In this document: one piece after another, positions 1 through 8,732 of the stretch
How the letters are laid out: every line of letters begins with the position of its first letter
Numbering within the stretch: the first letter of the stretch is position 1
NCBI GenBank assembly: GCA_965215195.1
Contig: CBDCDC010000002.1
Coordinates: 1,312,001 to 1,376,000, forward strand
Origin: Candidatus Latescibacterota bacterium
Lineage (GTDB): Bacteria; Latescibacterota; UBA2968; UBA8231
Direction: 5' to 3'
DNA: 64,000 nt
Program-made: the position numbers and the translations under genes
The notes under the pieces: model-generated
The model's input: only the letters and a program-made list of their open reading frames with translations
The model's database searches: none
What the model was told of the DNA's origin: nothing

Positions 1-874
1 CCGCAAGCTCTAAGTTGGCGTCGGGGATGGTCACCGGCGTTTCGGCGGCGTCCGGCGTTTCGCTACCGTCCGGCGTTTCGCTACCGTCCGGCGTTTCGTC
101 GTCATCCGGCGGCGTATGCCCGTCCTGCCCTTCTTTGTTGGTGTAATCGTCGTCGCCTAAAAAGCCGCACAGGGGACAGTCGTCGCCAGTGGCTTTACCA
201 GCCGAAGCCGACACGACCAACTCCACCAAGGCCCGGCCTGCCTCGACGCGAAAGCCCGAGTCCATATAGGGAACCAACCCTTCGCCCGACACGATCAAAC
301 CATACACTGGCTCTTTAGCAGACCCGCCAACAGAAGCCGCGACCCCAGCCGCGACCCCAGCCTGCCCGTCAATCAGCACCATCCGCCCCGTCTGGCTCTC
401 CCCACCCACCGTCATCCGGTAGATGTACACCCCTGCCCCAACAGCCCGACCCGCCGCATCCGCAGCGTGCCACGTCGCCGTGTGAAAGCCAGCCGGCCGT
501 TCTCCCTCCACCAACGTCGCAATGCGCTGCCCTAACAGGTTGAACACCGCTAGCCGCACCTCGGCCGAAGCCGCCAGTTGATAGGGAATGATCGTCGAGG
601 GATTGAACGGATTGGGGTAATTCTGACCCAAGGTGAAACTCGTAGGCAGGACGCTGCCCGGTAGTGCTGCTAACGGCAGTGCGAAATACCCGCTTCCATC
701 GGTGATGGCGCGGGCAATGGCTCCCCGCTGAAGGTCGGTCATATCGAATATCCGCACCTGTGCGTTGGCCACCGGTTCGCCAGAATCCAGCCGCACCTGC
801 CCCTCAACGAGAGGTTCAGCGCTGGCGCTGAAGACGGACATCAAGCCGATGAGACTGCTGCTGATCAGTTTCAT
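1..874 (-). CDS. Secreted protein with an N-proximal FlgD/T9SS-A-like Ig domain, followed by a probable leucine-rich-repeat cap; runs off the left edge
   Basis: Not in the ORF track. Manual translation from ATG 874 (AGGAG RBS upstream): MKLISSSLIGLMSVFSASAEP...LPTSFTLGQNYPNPFNPSTIIPYQL...VFNLLGQRIATLV...GVYIYRM...ETPDGSETPDAAETPVTIPDANLELA. IPDANL is typical of the cap before internalin-like LRRs. Confidence 0.8.
   Translation of the reverse strand, partial: MKLISSSLIGLMSVFSASAEPLVEGQVRLDSGEPVANAQVRIFDMTDLQRGAIARAITDGSGYFALPLAALPGSVLPTSFTLGQNYPNPFNPSTIIPYQLAASAEVRLAVFNLLGQRIATLVEGERPAGFHTATWHAADAAGRAVGAGVYIYRMTVGGESQTGRMVLIDGQAGVAAGVAASVGGSAKEPVYGLIVSGEGLVPYMDSGFRVEAGRALVELVVSASAGKATGDDCPLCGFLGDDDYTNKEGQDGHTPPDDDETPDGSETPDGSETPDAAETPVTIPDANLELA
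35..110. repeat. 18-bp coding tandem repeat (ETPDGS linker)
   Basis: Two exact copies of TCCGGCGTTTCGCTACCG plus degenerate flanking units. Confidence 0.85.
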
Positions 875-919
875 TGTTACTCCTGTGTGGTTTTGTGCGA
901 GTCGCGAGTAGAGAACGGA

Positions 920-1051
920 TTACTGCGGTGGGGTCGCCGGTGGATCTGAGGAAGCCAATGGAACCAGAGCCATTCTCACACAGGCACATACTCCCTGCCA
1001 ATCGCGGCTCGACAGATGGCCGACACGCTCAGGATGGGTAGCAGGCGGCAG
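920..1051 (-). pseudogene. C-terminal remnant of a PemK/MazF-family toxin
   Basis: Startless frame LPPATHPERVGHLSSRDWQGVCACVRMAL...* overlapping the end of the upstream small ORF. It resembles the 'GxLsxxDw' C-terminal helix of MazF/PemK. Confidence 0.65.
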
Positions 1052-1259
1052 GCTCCTCTTCCTCCGGGTAGAGTTTCGCCGCATACTGTAAGGAGACGGA
1101 GGTCAAGTCGCTTTGGTCTTGTTCGCTCCAAGTGTCACTTCGGTCCACAACAACCACTTCGGACAACTCCTGTAAAATGAGTGCTGCGAGACGAAACTGC
1201 TCGCTCGGTGGTAAGGCACGCACGATGTCGGCGAAGACTTCTTGTGCGGTCGCAGTCAT
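1029..1259 (-). CDS. Small acidic protein, probable antitoxin of the deleted PemK/MazF toxin
   Basis: 76 aa with a GGAG RBS; LPPSEQFRLAALIL..DTWSEQDQSDL; lies directly upstream of the toxin remnant. Confidence 0.6.
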   Translation of the reverse strand: MTATAQEVFADIVRALPPSEQFRLAALILQELSEVVVVDRSDTWSEQDQSDLTSVSLQYAAKLYPEEEEPAACYPS

Positions 1260-1337
1260 GTTGACTTCTCCCAAAAGGCGTTTTTAGCGATCATTCGGTT
1301 ATCTGTTTCAGTCCTCTAAACTATGGGTAGCTTTGTT

Positions 1338-2357
1338 TTAGGCACCGGGACTGACTTCTTCTTCGGCCCTCTTTTGCAGGGCGCGCATGTACGCGAGTGT
1401 ATAGGCCGTGCCCAGCCGCCCGTCGTCGCCCATCTGCGGGATGTGATCCGGGATCAAGGTGCCGTCGTACCCGACTTGGGCCAGCGCACGCATGGCCTGA
1501 TACATGTCGAAGTACCCGTCATCGACAAAGGTCTCGACAAAGTGCGGCAGCGGCTTGTCGACGTTGCGGTAGTGGACCTTGAATATCTTGCCCTGCCCGC
1601 CGAAGTAGCGGATCGTCTCCACCACGTCGCGGCCCATGGCCTCGCCGCCCTCCAGCCAGCAGCCAATGCACAAGCACATCCCCACATTGGGGCTAGCGGC
1701 GATTTCGAGGGCGCGTTGGTACCCATCAAAGCTGCTGAAAATGGGCCGCGGCACCCCGCCCAACGGCACCCCGGGCGGGTCGTCCGGGTGAATGCCAATG
1801 CGGACGCCAGCCTCCTCGGCGACCGGCGCGACCTCCTTGGCAAAGGAGGCGAAGTTGTCCCACAGCTCTTCCTCGCTGTATTCGCGGCCGTGCGTCAGCC
1901 CCGCGCCGGTAAAACCGCCGCCGGAAGCCTCGGGGAGCCGCGCCATGTCAAAGGCCCGCGCCCTAGCGCCGCCCCGGGTCTGCTCCGGCGGCGTACTCCA
2001 CACGCTGTTGGCCATGTGCGCGTATGTCGTATAGGGAATGTCGGCTTGGCCCAAGTTGCGGAGGTGCGCCTTGTACTCTTCTACTTTCTCGTCGCGATTG
2101 GGCAGGTTGAGGGTGATCGCATCCACGTTGTGGACGCTGCTATTGCCCAAGCCGTAGAGCTGGATGCGGCCGCGGGCAAAGTGCTCTCGCCGGCTGCGAT
2201 AGTACTCGGGGCTGGCCTTGGCCGGATCGACCCAAGTCACTGCGTATTCTACGCCCATTTGCCGCACCAAGGCCATTTCCTCCTCGCTCGGCTCCGGGGA
2301 CATCTGGGCCGCGACCTTGAGGCCGGGCGCTAGTTCAATGTGGCTTTTGACGGCCAT
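1338..2357 (-). CDS. uxuA: Mannonate dehydratase
   Basis: NRDEKVEEYK, PVAEEAGVRIGIHPDDPP, HYRNV, FVETFVDDG, IPDHIP motifs. Confidence 0.85.
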   Translation of the reverse strand: MAVKSHIELAPGLKVAAQMSPEPSEEEMALVRQMGVEYAVTWVDPAKASPEYYRSRREHFARGRIQLYGLGNSSVHNVDAITLNLPNRDEKVEEYKAHLRNLGQADIPYTTYAHMANSVWSTPPEQTRGGARARAFDMARLPEASGGGFTGAGLTHGREYSEEELWDNFASFAKEVAPVAEEAGVRIGIHPDDPPGVPLGGVPRPIFSSFDGYQRALEIAASPNVGMCLCIGCWLEGGEAMGRDVVETIRYFGGQGKIFKVHYRNVDKPLPHFVETFVDDGYFDMYQAMRALAQVGYDGTLIPDHIPQMGDDGRLGTAYTLAYMRALQKRAEEEVSPGA

Positions 2358-2510
2358 GGCGATCTTCCTTGCGGCCCCATACTGAGGCCGGACTGTACGT
2401 TGCAAAGGGCAAAAGTGGGATTGCGCGGGAGCAATCTAAGGCCAATTTTGACGTATGTCTAATTGAACTAATTCACCCGGCCCCGGCCCGCTTACAAAGG
2501 CGAACCACCC

Positions 2511-2747
2511 ATGCAGCAACCCCCCGATCCCGTGCAGGGAATCGTAGCCGAGCTATCGAAGCGGTTAGACAGCATCGAGACCAACCAGCGCGAGAACATC
2601 CAAGCGTTACAGCAGGACATCGCCCGCATCGAGAGCCACCAACGCGAGGACATCGCCGAGACTCACCGTCGCATTGACCGCTTAACCCGCTGGATTATCG
2701 GCATCCAGCTTACAACGCCGATTGCGTTAGGCACCCTGCCGGGCTAA
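2511..2747 (+). CDS. Small coiled-coil protein with a C-terminal hydrophobic segment (DUF1640/CCDC90-like)
   Basis: Repeated IExxQRExI units followed by RIDRLTRWIIGIQLTT. Confidence 0.55.
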   Translation: MQQPPDPVQGIVAELSKRLDSIETNQRENIQALQQDIARIESHQREDIAETHRRIDRLTRWIIGIQLTTPIALGTLPG

Positions 2748-2784
2748 CTCATTGTAGGGGCGCAATTATGCACGGTTATCTACC

Positions 2785-3561
2785 ATGCCCATCGTCACCC
2801 TGACGACGGATTTCGGCTGGGGCGATTACTATGTCGGCGCGATGAAGGGGGTCATCTTGGGCATCGCACCCGAGGCCCAGCTCGTGGATATCTCGCACCA
2901 AATTCCACCCCAAGACGTGCTCGCCGCGGCCTTTGTCCTGCGCCACGCCGCATGCGAATTCCCGCCCGGCACCGTTCACCTAGCCGTTGTCGATCCCGGC
3001 GTAGGCACCCAGCGCCGCCCCCTCGCCCTCCACAGCAGCGGCCACTTGTGGGTGGGGCCGGACAACGGCCTCTTCAGCTTCGTCCTCAACCGCGCCGACA
3101 GCCGGGTACACGAAATTGCTCGGCGCGACCTCGGTCGGCCCGATCCGAGCAGCACCTTCCACGGCCGCGACCTCTTCGCGCCGCTGGCCGCCCACCTCGG
3201 TCGCGGCTTGGACCTCGCCTCGGTCGGCCCGGCAGTGGCCGATCCAGTGCGCTTGGCCGAGTCCGCACCTCGCAAATCGGCTAACCGCATCGCCGGGCAC
3301 GTCATCCACATCGACGGCTTTGGCAACTTGGTGACCAACATTGCGGCCGCCGAAATTGCGCCGTGGGGTCCGGCGCTGTGCATCCGCCTCGGCGCACACG
3401 TGCTCACCCAGCTTTGCCGCACGTACGCGGACGTCGAGCCGGGCGCACCCCTCGCCTTGATCGGCAGCACTGGTCTGCTGGAAGTTGCGGTCAATCGCGG
3501 CCATGCTGCCCGCCAACTCGGCGTACAACGCCGCGCCCCTCTTATCGTCGAAAAGCTCTGA
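2785..3561 (+). CDS. SAM hydroxide adenosyltransferase (DUF62, fluorinase/chlorinase superfamily)
   Basis: TLTTDFG, VVDPGVGTQRR, GPDNG, STFHGRDLFAP, HIDGFGNLVTN. Confidence 0.9.
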   Translation: MPIVTLTTDFGWGDYYVGAMKGVILGIAPEAQLVDISHQIPPQDVLAAAFVLRHAACEFPPGTVHLAVVDPGVGTQRRPLALHSSGHLWVGPDNGLFSFVLNRADSRVHEIARRDLGRPDPSSTFHGRDLFAPLAAHLGRGLDLASVGPAVADPVRLAESAPRKSANRIAGHVIHIDGFGNLVTNIAAAEIAPWGPALCIRLGAHVLTQLCRTYADVEPGAPLALIGSTGLLEVAVNRGHAARQLGVQRRAPLIVEKL

Positions 3562-3574
3562 GAAAGAGAAAATT

Positions 3575-4945
3575 ATGTCTAGTGCTCCGCTCATCGTCAG
3601 CATTTCCGGGATTCGCGGCCTCGTGGGCCAGTCGCTCACCGACGAGGTCGTCGCCGGCTTTGCCGCGGCCTTTGGCACCACCTTGACGCCGGGGGACATC
3701 GTCGTCCTCGCCCGCGACACGCGCCCGTCTGGCGCGTCCTTTGCCCAAGCTGCGGCCGCTGCGCTGCGCCAGACGGGCTGCCGCGTCGTCGATTTGGGCA
3801 TGTGCTCTACGCCTGGGGCCAAGCTGATGGTCGTCGAGCTGGGAGCCCAAGGTGCTATCATCATCACCGCCAGCCACAACCCGGCCGAGTGGAACGGCCT
3901 CAAGTTGGTGCGTGCCGACGGCGTCTTCCTCAATGCAGAAGAGGGCGCGCACGTCGCGGCTCTCTTCCACGCGGGCCAATTTCGCTGGGCCGCGTCCGGC
4001 GCGGCTTCGACGTTGAGCGCAGCCGAAACCCTAAAAACAGTGGTGGCGCACCACGTCCAGCAGATTGTGGCCTATGTCGATGCCGACGCCATTCGCCGGG
4101 CTAAGTTCAAGGTGGCCGTTGATCCCTGCAATGGCACGGGGGCCTTGTTGGTTCCAAGTCTGCTGGACGCCTTGGGCGTCAAAGCGGTCCTCATCAACGC
4201 CCGGCCCGACGGCGATTTCGCCCACGACCCAGAGCCGGTGCCCGCCAACCTCGTCCAGCTCGGCCAAGCCGTGCGCGACCAAGGCTGCGCCATCGGCTTT
4301 GCCATCGACCCGGACGCCGACCGCGTCGCGTTGGTCGATTCGAGCGGTGCGCCCGTAGGCGAAGACTACACGCTCGCGCTTGCGGTGCAAGCGGCGGCGG
4401 CCCGGCGGCCCGGCCCGGTCGTCACCACCCTCTCCACCTCGCAGGCCGTTACAGATGCGGCCGCGGCCCACAACTGCCCGGTCTTGCTCACGGCGGTCGG
4501 CGAGGTAAACGTGGTGGAGAAGATGATGGCCGAGCGAGCCGTCATCGGTGGCGAGGGCAACGGCGGCGTCATCGTCACGCAAATCGGCCCCAGCCGCGAC
4601 GCAGCCGTTGGCTTGGCCCTAGTGTTAGAGGCTATGGCACGCAGCGGCCAATCCCTTGCAGAACGGGTCGCCGCGCTGCCCAGCTATGCCATCGACAAGC
4701 GCAAAATCACTTGCACCCCAGAGCAGCTAGCCGCCGCCATTGCCGCGCTGCGCGACCGCTACCCCCAAGCATATATTCACCCGGTGCGCGATGGTTCCAA
4801 GCTCTACTTGAGCGGACGGCTCGAATGCCCTTGGATCCACCTCCGCGCCTCCAACACCGAACCCATTGTCCGCGTCATCGCCGAAAGCGCGAGGGCCGCG
4901 GAAGCCGCCCTGCTCTGCGACGAGGTAGAAAGGTTGTTTACGTAG
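3575..4945 (+). CDS. Phosphoglucosamine mutase / phosphomannomutase family
   Basis: ITASHNP, DPDADR, GGEGNGG, RASNTEP motifs. Confidence 0.9.
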   Translation: MSSAPLIVSISGIRGLVGQSLTDEVVAGFAAAFGTTLTPGDIVVLARDTRPSGASFAQAAAAALRQTGCRVVDLGMCSTPGAKLMVVELGAQGAIIITASHNPAEWNGLKLVRADGVFLNAEEGAHVAALFHAGQFRWAASGAASTLSAAETLKTVVAHHVQQIVAYVDADAIRRAKFKVAVDPCNGTGALLVPSLLDALGVKAVLINARPDGDFAHDPEPVPANLVQLGQAVRDQGCAIGFAIDPDADRVALVDSSGAPVGEDYTLALAVQAAAARRPGPVVTTLSTSQAVTDAAAAHNCPVLLTAVGEVNVVEKMMAERAVIGGEGNGGVIVTQIGPSRDAAVGLALVLEAMARSGQSLAERVAALPSYAIDKRKITCTPEQLAAAIAALRDRYPQAYIHPVRDGSKLYLSGRLECPWIHLRASNTEPIVRVIAESARAAEAALLCDEVERLFT

Positions 4946-4993
4946 CTATCGTAGGGGCGTTGGTAATGCGCTGGCATACAAGTTGAGAACAGG

Positions 4994-5022
4994 GTTGACC
5001 ATATAAGTAAACATGATACATT
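4994..5022 (+). promoter_or_regulatory. Sigma70-like promoter overlapped by a palindromic operator, upstream of the HTH-methylase
   Basis: TTGACC-16bp-TACATT with an extended TG; GTTGAC-N7-GTAAAC inverted repeat at 4994-5012. Confidence 0.5.
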
Positions 5023-5039
5023 ATCCTCAATTCCCACCT

Positions 5040-6308
5040 ATGGAGAACGTCCGCATGGTTCAGTTTGGGGATCACCTGAAGGCGGCTCGCCTCAAAAGCG
5101 GATTGACCCAAGCCGATGTAGCAAAGCACCTTGGGGTTTCGAAAGGGTACATCTCCCGCCTCGAAAGCGGCAAGGCCCGACCTGCCCAAGCTACAGTCCA
5201 ACGCTTAGCCGAACTCTGCGCGACCGATCCTGATCCGCTCCTCATCTCGGCCGATTACCTGCCCTCCGACCTTCGAGAAATTCTATCGCAGCATCCCGCC
5301 GAGGCATCGGCGGTTCTACGCGGCACCTTTGGGCGTACCACTCACCCGCAAAATGCTCCTCCCGCTGTCGCCGAGTCCCAAGTCCTCTACCAGCCTAGCG
5401 AAGCCTCATATCAGCTCGTCCAAGAGGATTGCTTCGCGTGGATGGAGCATGGCCCCCCCAACAGTGTCCACGCCATCGTCACCGACCCCCCTTACGGCCT
5501 AAAAGAGTACACCACCCAAGAAAAGGACAAACTCCGGCGCGGACGGGGCGGCGTCTGGCGCATCCCCCCAGCTTTAGACGGCTGCGTCCGCCAGCCCCTG
5601 CCTCGGTTTACCGTCCTCAGCAACGGCGACAAGCAGCAGCTTGCTGCATTTTTTAGACAATGGGGCGAGCGGGCCTTGCGAGTGCTCGTGCCGGGGGGGC
5701 ACGTTTTTATTGCCACCAACCCCTTGCTGTCGCACTTGGTCTATGCGGCCCTCGTCGAAAGCGGCTTTGAGAAGCGCGGCGAGATCATCCGCCTAGTACA
5801 GACGCTGCGGGGTGGCGACCGCCCCAAAAATGCACACGACGAATTTGCGGACGTCACCGTCATGCCCCGCTCAGGCTGGGAACCTTGGGGCCTGTTTCGC
5901 AAGCCATGCGAAGGCCGCGTACAGGACAATCTGCGCGAGTGGAAGACGGGCGGACTGAGGCGGATTAGTGCCGAGCGCCCTTTCGGCGACGTCATCCGCA
6001 GTGCGCCCACCCGACCGACAGAACGCGCCATCGCCCCGCATCCCTCGCTCAAGCCGCAGCACTTTATGCGTCAGATCGTGCGTGCGGCCCTGCCGCTGGG
6101 CGAGGGGATCGTGCTCGACCCGTTCATGGGCGGGGGTTCGACTATCGCCGCCGCGTGTGCAGTGGGTTATGAGAGCATTGGCATTGAGAGCGATCCCGCG
6201 TTTTTCGCGATCGCAAAAGCCGCCATTCCGCAATTGGCCACGCTGGAGGTCAACGGAGAGAGCAAGCCGGCACCGACAGCCAACCGCCGCGCCGAATGGA
6301 CGACTTAA
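5040..6308 (+). CDS. XRE-HTH fused to a beta-class amino (N6A/N4C) DNA methyltransferase
   Basis: N-terminal LKAARLKSGLTQADVAKHLGVSKGYISRLESG; IVTDPPY; HPSLKP; VLDPFMGGGST. Confidence 0.9.
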   Translation: MENVRMVQFGDHLKAARLKSGLTQADVAKHLGVSKGYISRLESGKARPAQATVQRLAELCATDPDPLLISADYLPSDLREILSQHPAEASAVLRGTFGRTTHPQNAPPAVAESQVLYQPSEASYQLVQEDCFAWMEHGPPNSVHAIVTDPPYGLKEYTTQEKDKLRRGRGGVWRIPPALDGCVRQPLPRFTVLSNGDKQQLAAFFRQWGERALRVLVPGGHVFIATNPLLSHLVYAALVESGFEKRGEIIRLVQTLRGGDRPKNAHDEFADVTVMPRSGWEPWGLFRKPCEGRVQDNLREWKTGGLRRISAERPFGDVIRSAPTRPTERAIAPHPSLKPQHFMRQIVRAALPLGEGIVLDPFMGGGSTIAAACAVGYESIGIESDPAFFAIAKAAIPQLATLEVNGESKPAPTANRRAEWTT

Positions 6309-6615
6309 TTTCGATACCCTCGTCGCCCTTTAACACTAAATTCGATGCGTAATGGCCTTTCGGTAGTAGGTCGGGATTGGCCTCCAGCGTTTCAGCAGCG
6401 CGGGCGATATTTTTTACGAGAAACTCGGAGATCATGCCGGACAGAGAGTTGCCCAGCAGTAATTCCTCCAATGGACGGAAGCCGCTGTTTTCGAGAAAGT
6501 CGTTCAACCCGTGAAAAAGCCGGTACGTCTCCGCCACCGCCTGTTCTATTTCTTTGACTTTGAGCGCGTAGGGAAGGACGACGTAGCGGGGATCGAGTTT
6601 GGTCGGCCGCGACAT
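6250..6615 (-). pseudogene. Truncated PD-(D/E)xK restriction endonuclease, convergent with the methylase
   Basis: PDLLP...EGIEIKSS catalytic-like motif. The ORF stops about 17 aa later and its tail overlaps the methylase 3' end. Confidence 0.6.
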
Positions 6616-6624
6616 AGCTCAGGG

Positions 6625-7131
6625 TCAGCCAGCGGCGACAATATCCCCGTAGGAGCCTTTGACGAGCTGGTCGCTGGTGATTTCCAAGGCCCGCATCAGG
6701 GCCTCAACGCGCTGGTGCGACTCCTCGATGCCCTTTTCTTCGGTAACGGCCTCTAGCTCAACGAACTGGCCGAGGCCCTTTACGTCGTCAAGGTGGATGC
6801 GCACGTTTTCCCACAGCCAGACTTGGCGCGTCTTCTCCACCTCAACCAAGATGCCGTGAATGTTGCTGAGGATGTTGCGCAGGCCCTCGGGGTCTTCGGT
6901 CTTGGCAATCTCGTAGTCGCTGCGCTTGGGGCCGGCTAGGTCCTCGCGCTGGTAGAAAATCAGATGGCCTTCGTCAGTCCCCAACTCGCGCAGCTTGAGC
7001 CGCCCGGGGTCGATGTTGAAATAGGTGTCCTTCTGGTGGAAGGTCCCGGCCAGCCCCGCGCCGAGGGCGTTGAGGTTTTCTTCGGCGCGCTCGACGTCTT
7101 GGTAGTGAGCCTTGATCTCGATATTGGTCAT
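6625..7131 (-). CDS. cyaB: CYTH domain / class IV adenylate cyclase
   Basis: NIEIKA, QKDTYF, RLKLRE, VEKTR, IHLDDVKGLGQFVELE. Confidence 0.85.
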   Translation of the reverse strand: MTNIEIKAHYQDVERAEENLNALGAGLAGTFHQKDTYFNIDPGRLKLRELGTDEGHLIFYQREDLAGPKRSDYEIAKTEDPEGLRNILSNIHGILVEVEKTRQVWLWENVRIHLDDVKGLGQFVELEAVTEEKGIEESHQRVEALMRALEITSDQLVKGSYGDIVAAG

Positions 7132-7205
7132 GTCGGATGCGTTTGGTTGAATTGCGATGCGATTGATTAAAAGTATAATGAAAGTATAAGATACCCCCAA
7201 TGCGG

Positions 7206-8620
7206 CTACCCTCTGATGAGCATTTCCGAGCGTTTGCTTTTTGACGACGGCACCTTCCCAGACGCCACCTCCTCAATGCGGCTGACCACCTCCTCGGCAT
7301 CGAAGACATGGTCGACGCGGCCGTCCATCCGGCCGTCTGGACCCACCAAAAAATAGGAGGGTATGCCCCGAACTTGGTACAACTGAGCCACGGCCGCCTG
7401 CCTGCCGCCTCGGGCGTGGACGTGGACGCCGGTCAGGCCGTGTTTATCGACCGCTTGGTGCCACTCGTCGGCGGGGTCCAAAGAGATGTTCAAAAAGACC
7501 ACCTGCTGGTCTCGGGTCCGCTGTTTGATCTCTTCTAGATAGGGTACTGCCTCAATGCAAGGGCCGCACCAACTCGCCCAAAAGTCCAAGAAAACTGCCT
7601 GACCTTTGAAATCGCGCAGGGAGACGCTTTGGCCTTGGAGATCGTCGAGGGTGAAGTCGGGCGCGGGCTGGCCGGGTTTGAGCTTGGATGCTTGTCGCAC
7701 GACTTCCTCGACGACCTCGGTGTATGCGGGATAGGGGTTGTCCTGGAGGAATTCGGTTAGGCGTTGTTCACCTTGGTCAAAACGGCCCTGTTGGAAGTCG
7801 TCGATGATTTCCCCGGCAAGAAAGAAGTACAGGACTTTGCCGTGCAAGAGCCGCTTGGCCAGGGGATAGATGATATGGTGTGGGGTTGGATACCGTCTCG
7901 GCGTTGCTCCTCGGATAGTTGCTCCCGTTCGGCTCGCTCCTCGGCTTCGTCTTCTATACGCCAGAAATTGCGCTCCAGAAAGGTGCGGTAATCGAATGTG
8001 CCGATAGCCGCTTCGTCAACCAGTTCAACTTGATCGAGGGCATCGTGATAGTCCGCGGGGAGGTCGTCATTCCTGTTTCCATTGGCGAACATGTAGTCAG
8101 TGGGATAGGAGACCACGAGATTGGCCCATTCATAGGTGATTTCAGCGCGGTAGTGGGCGATAAAGCCCGGGGTGAGTTGGTACTGGCTGCATCCCTCGTC
8201 CAGAAAGCGAGTCATTTCCAAGCGTCGCTGGTCGATCATTTTGAGAAAGACATCAACCTCCAAGTCTTTGTAGTCGATGCGCAGGTAATCGGGGAAGCGG
8301 GACCGCAGGGCGGCGAGGAACTGATTGTTGGCCGCGCCCCGGCCGGAAAAGTGGAGGGACTGGGGATCGAGCAAGTCCGCGTCAATGTGCAATTGGTCGC
8401 CCGGTTCCAAGAAGAGCTTGATCTCGCGCTGGGGGCCGACCGAAACCATTTGCGCTTCCGTAAACGGCAGTTCCACTGCGAGGCAACCCTTTTCGTCGAG
8501 AGGGACTTCGACGGTGACGGGCGTATGGTAGATGGGCGTTTGCTGGTAGTCGAAGGCGATGCTGCGGAGTTCCAACGCATTGGCTAGCGCGGCGGTGACG
8601 CGGGTGGCAAGCGAGGGCAT
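7206..8620 (-). pseudogene. TlpA/AhpC-TSA thiol-disulfide oxidoreductase, split by a frameshift near 7895
   Basis: The C-terminal ORF carries APDFTL..FLDFWASWCGPC. The N-terminal ORF joins it with a one-base shift (...RRRRYPTPHHIIYPLAKRLLHGKVLYF). Confidence 0.7.
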
Positions 8621-8669
8621 GGAATATCTCCTCTCGTATATTAATTTTGAACGATTGAATGCTTGAGCA

Positions 8670-8692
8670 GGCTAACGATCGTTATTCCCTAC
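8670..8692 (-). repeat. GTAG-type REP-like palindrome, copy 1
   Basis: GGCTAACGATCGTTATTCCCTAC (reverse: GTAGGGAATAAC-GATC-GTTAGCC); identical to 9735-9757. Confidence 0.8.
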
Positions 8693-8732
8693 TATCTTGC
8701 GGCCCGCTCCTGAATACAGCAAAGTATAGCCC

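Noticed and set aside
816-1001. 61-aa ORF from the track
   Set aside because: It overlaps the toxin remnant and the start of the secreted-protein gene in other frames, and has no recognisable features.
1323-2333. Long antisense and alternate-frame ORFs (also e.g. 2980-3933, 10375-11571, 40745-41785, 57837-58799)
   Set aside because: Shadows of real genes in high-GC DNA, with no recognisable motifs.
2785-3561. Fluorinase/chlorinase (halogenase)
   Set aside because: It carries the Asp/Arg/His signature (VVDPGVG..RR, TFHGRD) of DUF62 SAM hydrolases, not the halogenase loop.
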